Below, in pieces: positions 30,536 through 43,759 of a DNA stretch of 64,000 nucleotides. Position numbers and translations under genes: made by a program. The notes below the pieces were generated by a model, which was not told where the DNA came from, ran no database searches, and saw nothing but the letters and a program-made list of their open reading frames with translations. The DNA lies in assembly GCA_964016885.1 (NCBI GenBank), contig OZ024742.1, positions 191,580,001-191,644,000 on the forward strand. Reading direction: 5' to 3'. Source of the stretch: Eledone cirrhosa. Its lineage: Eukaryota. The first letter of the stretch is position 1, and each line of letters begins with the position of its first letter.

Positions 30536-30921
30536 ATGATCGTAGTACTATAGTGATGGTGTTGTAGTTGAAGTAGAAATAGAAGTTGAGATAACTTGAC
30601 TAGAGTTTCTGGCGTGGAAGTGGTGATGGTGGCGGTGGCGGTGTTGGTGGTGAAATTATTTGCCTGTCTGTCCACTTAGCCATTTTTCTCTTTTTCGACT
30701 ATAACATTTCTGATCCAAAATTAAATATTAAATATTGGAGCCCTATGCCGTAATGTGATACGTTGTCGCTTGCTGAGGGTCAAAACTGTAATCTTATATT
30801 ACATTTGTAATAAGAATTATTCTATCACAGTTGTTTTAAATAAGTAAAAATCAAAAACTTACGGGAGCCATTCTATAACGATATATATCCCCCATGTGCG
30901 TTTTCTTCCCTATTCAGCCTT

Positions 30922-31795
30922 CATGAAAAATCCCTTCATAGTACCTTCTTTGAGAAATCTGAATTCAGAGATCCACAGACATGGAACTGGTTGAAAAGAG
31001 GAGACCTTAAAAAGGCTATAGAAGGAATGCTAATGGCTGCGCAAGAGCAGACCCTCAAAACGAAGTGGCTGAAACACCATATTTACAAGGAGGAGGCTAG
31101 CCCACTGTGCAGGATCTGTGGAGAGAGAGAGAGAGAGAGAGAGGAGACTGTGGCTCACATTGTATCCGAGTGTAAACACCTACCCCAGACTCACTATAAA
31201 GGCTGGAGACATGATGTGATGGGCAGAGTGATCCACTGGCACCTATGAAAAGTAAATAATTTACCACATTCTGAGAAGTGGTATGAGCATAAGCCAGAGT
31301 CGGTGATAGAAAAGGATCAGGTGAAGGTGCTGTGGAATTTTAGGATACAGACGGACAAGAAACTGGAACACAATAGGCCTGACCTCGTGGTTTTGGGCAA
31401 GGAAAAAAGATTGTGTCTGATTGTGGACGTGGCCTGCCCATTCGACACGAGAGTGCAAGAGAAGGAGATGGAGGAAATTAACCGATACCAGGACTTAAAG
31501 TGGGAGTTAAAAAGATTTGGAACTGACATGAAGTCAAAGTGGTCCCGATTGTCATAGGTGCACTAGGTACTATCTCAAAAAGTTTCCAGGGATGGTTAAA
31601 GAAAATTGGCTCCGCCCCGCTTTTTGGAACACTTCAAAAGGCATGCTTGCTGGTAACAGCAAGACCCTTCCGATACGTCCTGAGTATCTGAGGCTGCAGG
31701 TAGTGGCTTGATATTCATTTCAACAAACTTTCCAGTTAACTAACATCAATGACTGAGACTCAGAGAACAATAATAATAATAATAATAATAATAAT
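30922..31795 (+). mobile_element. R4/Dong 3' portion (CCHC plus restriction-like endonuclease) with (TAA)n tail
   Basis: AAQEQTL, CRICG..ETVAHIVSEC, RHD, NRPDLVV..IVDVACPFD and IVIGALG; (TAA)n at 31768-31795. Confidence 0.88.
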
Positions 31796-31796
31796 G

Positions 31797-32622
31797 ATTT
31801 CTTTATTGGCCACAAGGGCTGACATCAAGAAAAACATCACAGACGGCACAGGACGGTACAGGACGGTACGATGTGGGTTTTGTGCGTGTAAAGATTTGTA
31901 TCATTTATATAAGAAAAGAAAAAGAAAATGACATAGAAACATATATATATATAAACAATAAAAATGAAAATTGAAACAATGAAAAATTCCCCAATAGTGC
32001 GGAAACCTCCGAGGATTACTCGTGGCGAAAACGACACAAAAGACCACGGCCACCCTGACCACCAGGACAAGCGCCCTCTCTCAATTTTTCCATTTCTCAA
32101 ACTACAGGCGTATATTCAGAGCGGTCCGGTTCACTCGGACCATTCTCGCTACATTCACCCACCTTTCAACAAACTTGCTAGAAGGCAGCACTTGCCTCTC
32201 CACCCTGATTTTCCTCTTCAAGTGAAACTTGAAAAAGTTAATCAGGGATTCGCCGAAGAGGAACATATTTGTATTTAACCCTTTCAACCTTGCCCACCAC
32301 ACAATCTCTTTCGCCATGGACACCAGGCAGATGAAAACCGCCTGCCCTTCCTCCACGAAGGAAGACGACGAGACTATCTGCACAATGGACTCAGTCGATA
32401 ACCAGATCAGTCCCACACGCGACAGCAACTGTTCGACATAGCTCCACAAGTCAGCAATGCTCGGGAACTGAACAAGTGCGTCCACGACGGTTTCGTCGCT
32501 CTGAGCGCATCTCGGACAGGCTCGGCTGACGGCACTTCCGTGCCTGTAGAGCTTATCTCGAACCGGCAACGCTCCCAGGCAGCACTACCAGGCCAGGCCA
32601 GGGATTTTTGGAAGTTATTCAT
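31797..32622 (-). mobile_element. Tx1 family B 3' fragment, tail-to-tail with Dong at a shared (TAA)n
   Basis: ORF 32102-32569 matches the C-terminus of 22247-23305; terminus gcccttgtggccaataaagaaatc(att)n. Confidence 0.9.
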
Positions 32623-32624
32623 AG

Positions 32625-34430
32625 ACATGGAAAACAACACTCCTTTTGAATAGTGAAAAAAAAAATCACTGGAAGCTGGAGAAGTTAATATTAATTGTGG
32701 AATTTTTCAGGGTGACTCTTTATAACCGCTTTTATTCTGCATCGCACTTATACCATTAAGTAAAATGCTCAATGAAACAAAACATTGATATAAAGTCTAT
32801 GACAAAACCATTAATCACTTGTTCTACATGGATGACCTGAAACGATTTGCAAAAAATGATGAACAGGTGCAAGGGCTATTATCCACTGTGGAGCAGTTCA
32901 GTGATGACATTAAAATGAAGTTTGGACTTGATAAACGCGCCAAAGCAACGTTCACCAGAGGAAAGCTGCTGAAAAGTTCAGACATTAATCTTGATCAAGA
33001 CGAAACTTACAAATATCTAGGTGTTTGTAAAGGAGACGGAATCAAGCACTCGACAATGTGGGAAAGGATAAGGAGGGAATCTTACCGCAGAGTAAGAGCA
33101 ATCTTAAGAACGGAATTGAATGCAAGGAATAGCATCGATGCCATAAACACGCTTGCCATACCAGTAGTAACCTACAGTTACAATGTCATCAACTGGTCAA
33201 GCACAGAGATCCGTAGGCTCGATACAAAAATTCGAAAATTCTGAACCATGCACAGAATGCATCACTCTAAGGCAGATACAGATAGAATATATCTCCCTAG
33301 GAAAGTAGGAGGACGTGGTTAATCCAGTTAGATATTGCGTTGAAAACTGCAATAATTGGATTATCTACATATCTAAGGGAATCACATGATTGGATGATCA
33401 AACTCGTTTTGAAACACGAAAGCATCAAAAGATCATACTCCATTACAAAAGATGCACAAAGATACAGTAATGGACTACAAATTTCAGAAGTTCCATTTAC
33501 AACTGAAATGAAAAACACAGAAAAAGCAAAGCAGGTTAAAATAACTGCAAAGAAAGAACTGCTACAGAAACTGGCTAAGAAATGGCAAGAAAAGCCTCTG
33601 TATGGAAAATACCCAGAAAGAGCTAACAATCAGTGGTTAGCATCCTCTGGACTGAAATCGGAGACTGAAGGACTGATTATATCAGCACAAGATCAGTGTC
33701 TGCCAACAAAAATTTACCAAGGCAACATAATAAAAAATGGATGCAACCCATTATGCCGTGTATGTAAAAAAGAACCAGAGACGTGCAGTCCTATAGCTCC
33801 AACCGAATACCCAAACAGGCATGACAGAGCTGCACAATACATACATTGGATAATGTGTAAGCATTTTGACCTGCCCCATCAAAAGAATTGGTGGGAGCAT
33901 CAACCACCTCCCATACTTGAAAAATATCACATCTCAATCTTGTGAAACTTTAGCATTCAAACAGACCGAAAAATAGATGCAAATAGACCTGATATAATAC
34001 TGAAGGACTTTAAAAAGAGGGTATGCCTGCTAATTTATATGTCCGTTCCAATAGATAAGAATGTATCTATAAAAACATTTGAAAAATTGAGCAAGTATAA
34101 GGACCTGGAGATAAAAATTGGAAAACATGTGGAAATTGAGAATTAAAACAATACCAGTGATTGTAGGCGCTCTAGGGGTCTAATGATTACTTATCGCATA
34201 TCCCAGGAAACCCGCGTATAGGAGAAATACAAAAGATAGTACTAATGGGAACTGCCCACATACTCAGGAAGATTCTGTCAATATAAATACATCACAAGTC
34301 TAAACACCTAAAGATGCATGTGTGTGTATGTATGTTCTTTCTTCAACATGGCGGACCTTGTTGGCTCTTGAGGTCACTGGTTGTGACTTGGTGATGACTC
34401 GTATGAACATAAAGCAAGATAAATGCAACT

Positions 34431-34460
<30 letters not shown>
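32625..34460 (+). mobile_element. R4/Dong 5'-truncated copy (RT C-terminal half, ZnF, RLE) with (TAA)n tail
   Basis: [41 protein letters not shown] and PVIVGALG; (TAA)n at 34433-34460. Confidence 0.88.
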
Positions 34461-34462
<2 letters not shown>

Positions 34463-34489
34463 TACAAGAATGCTTGTGATGGTGATGGT

Positions 34490-34850
34490 GATAATAATTG
34501 TTTCTACTTTTGGCACAAGGCCAGCAATTACCCAGTACATTACTGGTACTTTATTTTATCGACCCCGTAAGGATGAAGGGCAAAGATAACTTCGGTGGGA
34601 TTTGAACTCAGATCTAAAAGGGACGTAACTACGCTGGAAAGCATGTCTGACCCTCTACCAATACTGCCAATTCACCGCCATTGATGATGATAATAATGGT
34701 GGCTGATGTAGGCACAAGGCCAATAATTTTGGAGGAAGGGAAAATCAATTGAATCAACCCAAGTATGTTACTGGTACATTATTTTATCGAACTTGTAAGG
34801 ATGAAAGACAAAACTAACCTCAGCGGGATTTAAATTCTGGACATAAAGGG
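34490..34850 (-). mobile_element. Two adjacent SINE copies (complete 34490-34679; related variant 34705-34850)
   Basis: Same A/B boxes and ggcacaaggcca terminus as 27741-27929. Confidence 0.8.
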
Positions 34851-35293
34851 CCGAAATTCTATCAGACAAAAAGAAATAAATGATCAGTCGTCACTAGGAG
34901 TAGTAATGTTCGCGTCTCTCAGGGAAAAATCAGACTAGTGTCTAAAGGTCTGGAACGAACTCTACCCGAAATATGGATTGAATGGTCACGAATGAGAATA
35001 ATCTCAACCCAAGCCCTTCGAGTTCAACACCAGAAAAAAAAACTAACATCTCAACGGATCAAATAGACTCGAGAAGTGTATAAAGAGGTGATATATGCAT
35101 TCTATCACTTATCGAGCAAACCAAAGTGTCAAAACCCAATAAATTCTTTCAGGGTAGGAGAGAAAGAAAAACCTTGCAAGTACATTTACTGGTGCCTGTT
35201 CCCTTATAGCATCATCTGTGTGACAGTTGATCGTAAAATGTGCGTTTTATCAAATTTTGCCTCATATGTCATGTTGACACTCAACATCGTTTG

Positions 35294-35348
35294 GAAGAAG
35301 AAGAAGAAGAAGAAGAAGAAGAAGAAGAAGAAGAAGAAGAAGAAGAAG

Positions 35349-35378
<30 letters not shown>
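35294..35378. repeat. (GAA)n microsatellite
   Basis: About 28 perfect units. Confidence 0.95.
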
Positions 35379-35379
<1 letters not shown>

Positions 35380-35699
35380 TTCTAATGTGGGCATAATACC
35401 AGTTATTTTGGAGGTGTCGACTCGACGCCAATAACTGACTCGTTATCGATCCTGGAAGAATGAAAGGCGACGTTCACCACTACAGAAATTGTACTGAGAC
35501 CGTAAAACATTATTAGTAAATACCACTCGATATTATATTCGACATTTTACCAATTCTGTCACATCCACAGCATTGGATATGATTTCTTTATTAACCACGA
35601 GTGTCCAATAAATTGTACCAGCATAAAAGCTTCCAAAATATATTGGGACTCATTGACTAAATGGACACAGGTTAGAACACAACAAACCAGATAATATAA

Positions 35700-35885
35700 T
35701 ATTTGTTTCTTTCTACTTTTGGCGTAACGTCCGCAATCACCCAGTGCATTACTGGTACTTTATTTTATCGACCCCGTAAGGATGAAAGGCAAAGTTAAAC
35801 TCGGCGCGATTTGAACTCAGACAGTAAAGGGGCGTAACTATGTACTGAAAAGCATAGCGTCTAACCCTCTACCGATACTTCCAAT
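35700..35885 (-). mobile_element. SINE copy
   Basis: Alignable by eye to 27741-27929. Confidence 0.8.
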
Positions 35886-36004
35886 CAATGCTCAGAAATG
35901 CGAGTGAATATTGATGTTACGATTCTAGGTAAAGCAAAATATATCCTTGAAAGGAATTGAAAATATTGTGACATGAAAGTCGAAATTACATGAATGGGTT
36001 TGAT

Positions 36005-36190
36005 AAGACTTGAGATACACAATCTTGGATAATATCTATGAGCTTGGTTTGTCTCACTTGGGGATCCAATCGGATGAGTTGGAGACGGTTGCTTCTGATA
36101 GGACCTTCTGGAAAGAGTGTTTGAAGACTCTGCTCCTACAACACTTTCATGAATATGTTGGCAAAGAAGAAGAAGAGGGGTCGCTAACAT
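36005..36190 (+). mobile_element. RTE LINE C-terminal remnant
   Basis: LRY....LGIQSDELETVASDRTFW resembles the RTE C-terminal E..A.DR..W motif. Confidence 0.5.
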
Positions 36191-36199
36191 CTTAACATT

Positions 36200-36510
36200 A
36201 TCTAGATATCTCCAAATAACGGTCGCTCTCCGACAGGTTTGCAGTCGAGCCCCTAGCAGTGAAGACGTTTGGTGTACTTGGCCCTAGGGCCACCTCCCTA
36301 CCCACTACCATAGTCGCCGGGGTGAGCCTCGCGATATGGAATGGCTCTTCCAGCGCATCTCCCTCACCATCCTCTGGGAAAATGCCTTCTCTATTCTGTC
36401 CACCAGGGACGTGGAGCGGCCAACGTGTGGAAGCCCATTTGCTCATAATAGTGAGAGATGGGGAGGGCAAGAAAGACGGAAGCGGTGACAGTGGGAGTTC
36501 AGCGCCTCTG
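36200..36510 (+). mobile_element. Probable CRE-type RLE retrotransposon 3' remnant
   Basis: DRFAVEPLAVKTFGVLGPRA...VSLAIWNG resembles the P.A.ETFG..GP / LSLAI.RGN end of CRE endonucleases. Confidence 0.5.
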
Positions 36511-36636
36511 TTATCAGATCAAGTGTACATGTTTGTGTATTTTTACACTACCGACACATCCATCTTGACACACACTTTATTCTTTATGGACTCTTCTGTC
36601 CACTTACACTATGCAGCTGGCTGGTCTTATTCATTT

Positions 36637-36912
36637 CTGATTAAAATTATTCCAATCATCCCCGGAGCTCTGGGTTCGATAACACTAAAACTGACAGAGT
36701 ATCATAAGGAAATTGAACTCATAATTGGTGGAGCAAATTGAGATCATAATTTGCTCCACAAAAAAAATTGTCCTGTTAGACTCTGAACATACACCCTGGA
36801 AGTTACAGATATTTACTAAAATGTTTGAGACACGGCAGACAGCAGAAAATCCAGTAATTATCATATTTACTCGACAATCTGTCAATAATAGTAATAATAT
36901 TACTACTACTAA
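36637..36912 (+). mobile_element. Old R4/Dong 3' end remnant with TAA-rich tail
   Basis: IKIIPIIPGALGSI...KKIVLLDSEH matches the ends of the 31550-31690 and 34140-34285 copies. Confidence 0.65.
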
Positions 36913-37210
36913 TAATAATTGTCTCTACGTTTGGCACAAGGCCAGCAATCATCCCAGTGCATTACTGGTACTTTATTTTATCGACCCCGTAATGATGAAA
37001 AGCAAAGTTAACTTCGGCGGGATTTGAACTCAGATCGTAAAGGCCCTGCTACTAATAATTGTTTCTACTTTTGGCACATGGCCAGCAATTACATAGTTCA
37101 TTACAGGTACTTTATTTTATCGACCCCGTAAGGATGAAAGGCAAAGTTAACCTCGGCGGGATTTGAACTGAGAATGGCAAGGGCCGTCACTCTCTGCGTC
37201 AAAGCATGGC
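36913..37210 (-). mobile_element. Two tandem 5'-truncated SINE copies
   Basis: 36913-37045 and 37053-37210, each bounded by ctactaataat. Confidence 0.8.
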
Positions 37211-37950
37211 GCTACTACTAATAATAATGAATAGAACAGTCATAGTCAAAAGAGAACAGATTGATCGACCATTTTTCAATCCTACTTGTCATTTTGCTTG
37301 GAAGCCAATACCTCTAGTTCCTTCTTTCCCAACCACCACATATTCTGTAATGTATCTCAAGCTAAATATCTCAACAATTGAGAGTTGCTAGAATAATCGA
37401 TTTATTTGGAATAAATAATTAGATAAAGAATCAACTTGTCAGGAAATCATGTCCCTGCAGGTAAATTCCTTGCACATTTTCCAGTTAACAATGCAGGAAT
37501 TTTGTGGTAAAGGTTAATCTCTACATAACATACCTCTGCATACCTCCACCATACTACCATAGCTAACTACACCCTTAGCTCCCCTCTCACTTCCTGTAAT
37601 CATACATTACGTCAGAGATCGATATCATATTTATATTTCAGAATGAAGCATTATTCTCCCGACCTGTTGAGTTATATTGCATGTTTCAATAGCTTTGTTA
37701 CCCACTGATGAATAAATTTGATTTCGTCGATCTTCCTCCCAATACTTACGTGCGTATATAATATATGTACACACACATATAATACATGTAACACACACAC
37801 ACATACTCACTCACACAGATATCCATATATACACATATATATACACACACACACATATATATATATACACATACACACATATATACACACTTATTCATAC
37901 ACGTATATATATACATATAGAAATACACACATACATATATATATATATTC

Positions 37951-38024
<74 letters not shown>

Positions 38025-38810
38025 ATGTGTGTGTGTGTGAGTGTGAATATGTAGAATGTGTATCTGAACTCATCACACACACACGGGGTAGTTTGATTCA
38101 AGCTGTGGTGTAAAGTAGGCTTAATGTCTGGTAAGTGCCAGATGAAAATAAATGATATAAGATTATTGATTCAATTCATCAAATCATAAATCTATTCACA
38201 GCAAATATTTTATGCTATAAGTATAGATTGCCAAATTAAAAGCAATTCATCTGAGTCTCACTTTAGAGACCAAATACATTTTGCTGGTATTAATATTTCC
38301 CATGAGTTACACATTTCAAACACAAATCAAATATCGTGTGTGATATGTTGACGAAAGATACAATTTGAATATTTCACGAAATCTGATTCGGTGACGCAAT
38401 GCCAGTCATTTTGAGCCATTAAACACGGCCAAATACACGCAGGCAGCACACACACAAACACTATCACATACACACACATGCACACACACACAAACACAAA
38501 CACACACACACAAACACACACAATCACAGGGACACTGACACACACGCGCTCACACACACACACAAGAACACAAACATACACAATCACAGACACAGACACA
38601 CACACACACAAACACACATAATCACAGAGACACTGACACACGCACGCGCACACACACACACAAGAACACAAACACGCTCACAAGCGCACACAGAAATGCA
38701 TGCACACATACACATGGAGAGAGAGGGGGAGATACATATATACGAAAAGAAAACGGAATCAACGTACCGTGAATATATATGTTAGTTTAACACATGATAT
38801 CGTAGGAAAC

Positions 38811-38852
38811 GAGTCTTACAGTTTCGGATGTTTGTCCTTCATCCGAGTAAGA
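38811..38852 (-). ncRNA. Degenerate minimal hammerhead (PLE pseudo-LTR relic); a similar relic lies at 40935-40970
   Basis: CGGATGA-agga..tcc-GAAA-ctg-TA here and CTCATGA-aggac..gtcc-GAAA-cg-TT at 40935; each has one core mutation. Confidence 0.5.
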
Positions 38853-39085
38853 AGAGGGAGAAGGGGAAAAAGAAAAAAGAAAGGTTTCATTATTTTTGCA
38901 TTACAAAATGATATAGTAGTCGTAGTTACGAGCCGCTCTATCTAAACTATAATAAAGTAAGTAGTGCGGGACAGCGTCCAGAATATATTTTTTATTCTGT
39001 TTGTAAAATAAGTTGGATTACTTTGAATAAATAATTGTTTCTACTTTTGGCATAAGGCCATCAATTATCCCAGGGTATAAATAAT

Positions 39086-39270
39086 TGTTTCTACTTTAGG
39101 CACAAGGCCAGCAATTACCCAGTACATTACTGGTACTTTATTTTATCGACCTCGTAAGGATGTAATGCAAAGTTAACATCGGCTGGATTTGAACTCAGAC
39201 TGTAAAGGGACGTAACTCTGCTAGAAAGCATGGCATCCAACCCTCTACCGATACTGCCAATTCACCGCCC
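39086..39270 (-). mobile_element. Complete SINE with 21-bp target-site duplication
   Basis: ttatcccagggtataaataat at 39065-39085 and 39271-39291; a short SINE tail fragment precedes it (39030-39064). Confidence 0.88.
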
Positions 39271-40360
39271 TTATCCCAGGGTATAAATAATGAATGAATA
39301 TTACATAATTTATCTACTAAATTTCGTTATTCTTGATTAAATATACAAAATGTTGTCGTTTATTTTAAGATTCACTTCTTTAAAATTTTCAAATGTCAAC
39401 ACTTTCAGTTAGCGATCGCTTAAATAAACAGTCATATATTTCCGTCAATGGATTACGTTACTGATTACATAAGACAGTGTATCGCAGTCTTCGTTCAATT
39501 TATGTGTATATTGTCAATTACGATTTTATTTGGTGTATCATATCTACATGTATATATACTTGCGTATAATATCAAGATGCAGACTACACAGGCTAGAAGA
39601 AAACCACCCGAAAGGTGGTTTTTCTGCTAGTTGTATGTAATACATAATTATGTGAAGTTGGAAATTCTGCTTAGTATTGAACAAATTACTGAACATTAGC
39701 AGCCCGTCTGAGGAAGGAGCCCCGCTAGGCCAGGTTGCTATTGTAGCGGGTGTCGCTGGCCATTCTCCGCCGCAATGCCTTTGCAGTTTTGTCAACGAGG
39801 CGCTGCCGAAACAATGCCCCATCCCAGATGTAGTCTGTCATCCTTCTCTCTCCCTTCTCTCATTCTATCGTTGCCTAGTAATAATTGTTCTTTTTCTCCT
39901 TTTCTTCCCATTTATGGCATTTTTGCCCTTTTCCTTTACTTTCCTATATAGCCAGATCTGCCATTCTTTACACCTTCCCGCTTTTTTCCATTACTTAATT
40001 TTGTTTTCATCTTTTTTTTTTATATTTCCATCATAGAATAACTTTAATTTGTAAAATATAATTGACGGTTTTTTTTAAAATGTCACTTCACCAGCTGAGA
40101 TACTAGAATGATAATATTATCGGAATTGTAGCAGTACCAGAACAATGCTTTCAGGCAGCTAACTATCAAATCTGTTGGAACACGAAACGCTTCTCAATCA
40201 GCCACTGAGTTTATATCTCATGATAGAATGTTGGAAATTAACACCACCTGTTCCTAAATCACCAACTCATCAGCTTTAAATTTCATTTCTCTCATAATCG
40301 CATCTGAACGGGCTGGTCGTATTTCCAACGAAGAAATGCAAAACTAAGTCAGTTTTGCTT

Positions 40361-40447
<87 letters not shown>

Positions 40448-40771
40448 TAAAAATTAGCGAGAATCGAATTTCAGCCCATGAAATAACGAAAGAACACTTT
40501 CGAATTGTGAGGCAAGCGCTCAATAATTCAAATGAATTAGAGCTTACAACTTACGTTAAAGGCCAAACACACTGAGATGGTGGTTAATCTATTTATCCAC
40601 ACAGCGAAGATTCGATCTCCTATTTCGAGTCAAACAGATATACAGATATAAAAATATATGAAAGCATAAATGTTTTATACTCACCCGGACCTCTGGAATG
40701 ATGGTAAAGTCCAGTATAGGGGTTTCTGCGGCTCCATAAGTCATTTATATATATATATATATATATATAAG

Positions 40772-40851
<80 letters not shown>

Positions 40852-41179
40852 AAAAGGTAAACAGAAATAACAACACAATCGGTACAGTATATGGAAGGTA
40901 TATATTAGGTTAACGCTTGATATAGCAGGAAGAGGGTCTTAACGTTTCGGACGCTAGTCCTTCATGAGAAGAAAGAATGAGAAATAAAGTAGATTAAGGG
41001 GCCGGGCGGGATGGAATTGGAAAAAATCTCTTGAGATTTAGCTTTTAAATTATTTTAATTCCTTACACATGTTTCAAAAGAATTTTTTATCAAATAATTA
41101 GAATAATGTTAGGCGAAAATTTGTATAAACAAGAACTATATATACATAATGATACAGATATTGCGTGCGCCTCCAGCAC

Positions 41180-41379
41180 TTTATTATAAATACTTCAGAG
41201 GTACTGAGCTATTTCAACAGTACGTCCTCATCAGATAAAATAAGTTGAAGCTTGACATACCTTGACTATGTTGATGGTTATAATTCAGTCAGTCAAGGTA
41301 TGTCAAGCATCAACTTATTTTATCTGATGAGAACGTACAGTTGAAATAGCTCAATACCTATGAAATATGTATAATAAAA
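41180..41379. repeat. ~88-bp inverted repeat (23-bp spacer) of back-to-back hammerhead motifs
   Basis: 41180-41267 is the reverse complement of 41291-41378; plus-strand HHR ttttat-CTGATGA..GAAA-tatgta-TA-ataaaa at 41318-41379. Confidence 0.82.
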
Positions 41380-41524
41380 TATATTTGATCACAAGAATGT
41401 CTATATTTATTAATATTTTGAAGTAATATTAATAGCTCCAGATATCCTACCTATGGAGTGCTTCTAATATATTGTGAAACTTTATTCATTGATTTATTTA
41501 TTGAAACTTGTTTAACCTTTAATC

Positions 41525-41724
<200 letters not shown>

Positions 41725-41725
41725 C

Positions 41726-42195
41726 ATCATCATCATTCGTCGCCTACAGTCGACATGATGGATCTCACTCTCATGCCCCAGAATTCCATGTCCCCCATCG
41801 CTGCCCCCAGGTCCTGTCTTCTGATTTCCGTATCCCTAGAGATAACGTCAGGGAATGACAGCTTCCTACTCCTAGTCAGGCTGGAGTCAGGGTTCCAGAC
41901 CAAGAGAGCGGATATGATTTCATTGCTGGCACGGTGACAGTGGCCAGTAAATTGAGCTCTCCGGGATTTTAGAAGGGCAGAGGCTCGAGGGAGTTTGCCT
42001 TAGATTTTAGAGAAGGTGGGATGTCGTTTCCAGGATAGGTTTTGCACTCTCATTAAGAGGTGGGTATATGTGCCATCCAATCTCCTCTCAAGTTGTGATG
42101 TTAGTGTCCAAGTTTCGGATCCATAAAGTAATATGGACTTAATGGTTGCTTGGAATATTTCCAGTTTTAGCTTGTTGGTAAGTTGAGATGTCCAT
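41726..42195 (-). mobile_element. RTE/RTEX-like LINE 3' end with (TGA)n tail
   Basis: [48 protein letters not shown]; ends gacgaatgatgatgatg. Confidence 0.8.
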
Positions 42196-42313
42196 ATATA
42201 TATACATATACATATACATATATAAACACACATACACACAAATATATATATACACACATATTTACGCATGCATACACACAGACATATATATATATACATA
42301 ATTACATACATAC

Positions 42314-42385
<72 letters not shown>

Positions 42386-42464
42386 TACTCTGCTCTGTAA
42401 GAGCATAGAGTGCTGAAACGGCATACTTCCTTCGGAAGCATCTTAGCTACCATCAGTCACAGAC

Positions 42465-42538
<74 letters not shown>

Positions 42539-42545
42539 GCGCGCG

Positions 42546-42609
<64 letters not shown>

Positions 42610-42728
42610 TATATATATATATATATATATATGTAGAAGTGATATTTAATTTGTTGACTTTCCAGGATAACTTGGACCGTTAAGGCATACCATCGTCAGT
42701 CATGTCAAATATTTATAAAGCATTTTGT

Positions 42729-42788
42729 ATTTTATCTGATGATAGCGTACCAACACTTTTGGTACTCTTGAAATATATATAATAGAAT
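42729..42788 (+). ncRNA. Type I hammerhead, dispersed family H1
   Basis: attttat-CTGATGA-tagcgtacca..tggtactctt-GAAA-tatata-TA-atagaat. Confidence 0.78.
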
Positions 42789-42832
42789 AAATATGGTTTT
42801 ATAAATATAGTTTCCATTTATATAATATCAAT

Positions 42833-43563
<731 letters not shown>

Positions 43564-43716
43564 ATAAATGCTCTGAAATAGCGATATATATGTGAATATA
43601 GACATAGAATATTCGAAAATATTCTGTATGTTTATAATAAACATTTTGAAGACCTAATCGCTATAGAATAGAATACGTCACGTATTACAATTAGATTCTC
43701 GATAAAAGCAAGGGAA

Positions 43717-43759
43717 GTAATCTACGCGTTTCATTCTTGTTAGAAATCATCAGGACTAC
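43717..43759 (-). ncRNA. Minimal type I hammerhead (also at 44027, 44337, 44647, 44957 on the minus strand)
   Basis: Reverse complement of the 45363-45405 motif. Confidence 0.85.

Noticed and set aside
35076-35434. Poly-K/E/F ORFs
   Set aside because: Produced by the (GAA)n tract.
39597-39626. aaaaccacc-cgaaa-ggtggttttt hairpin resembling a bacterial intrinsic terminator
   Set aside because: Isolated in eukaryotic repeat-rich DNA with no bacterial-type gene nearby; likely chance or a local inverted duplication.
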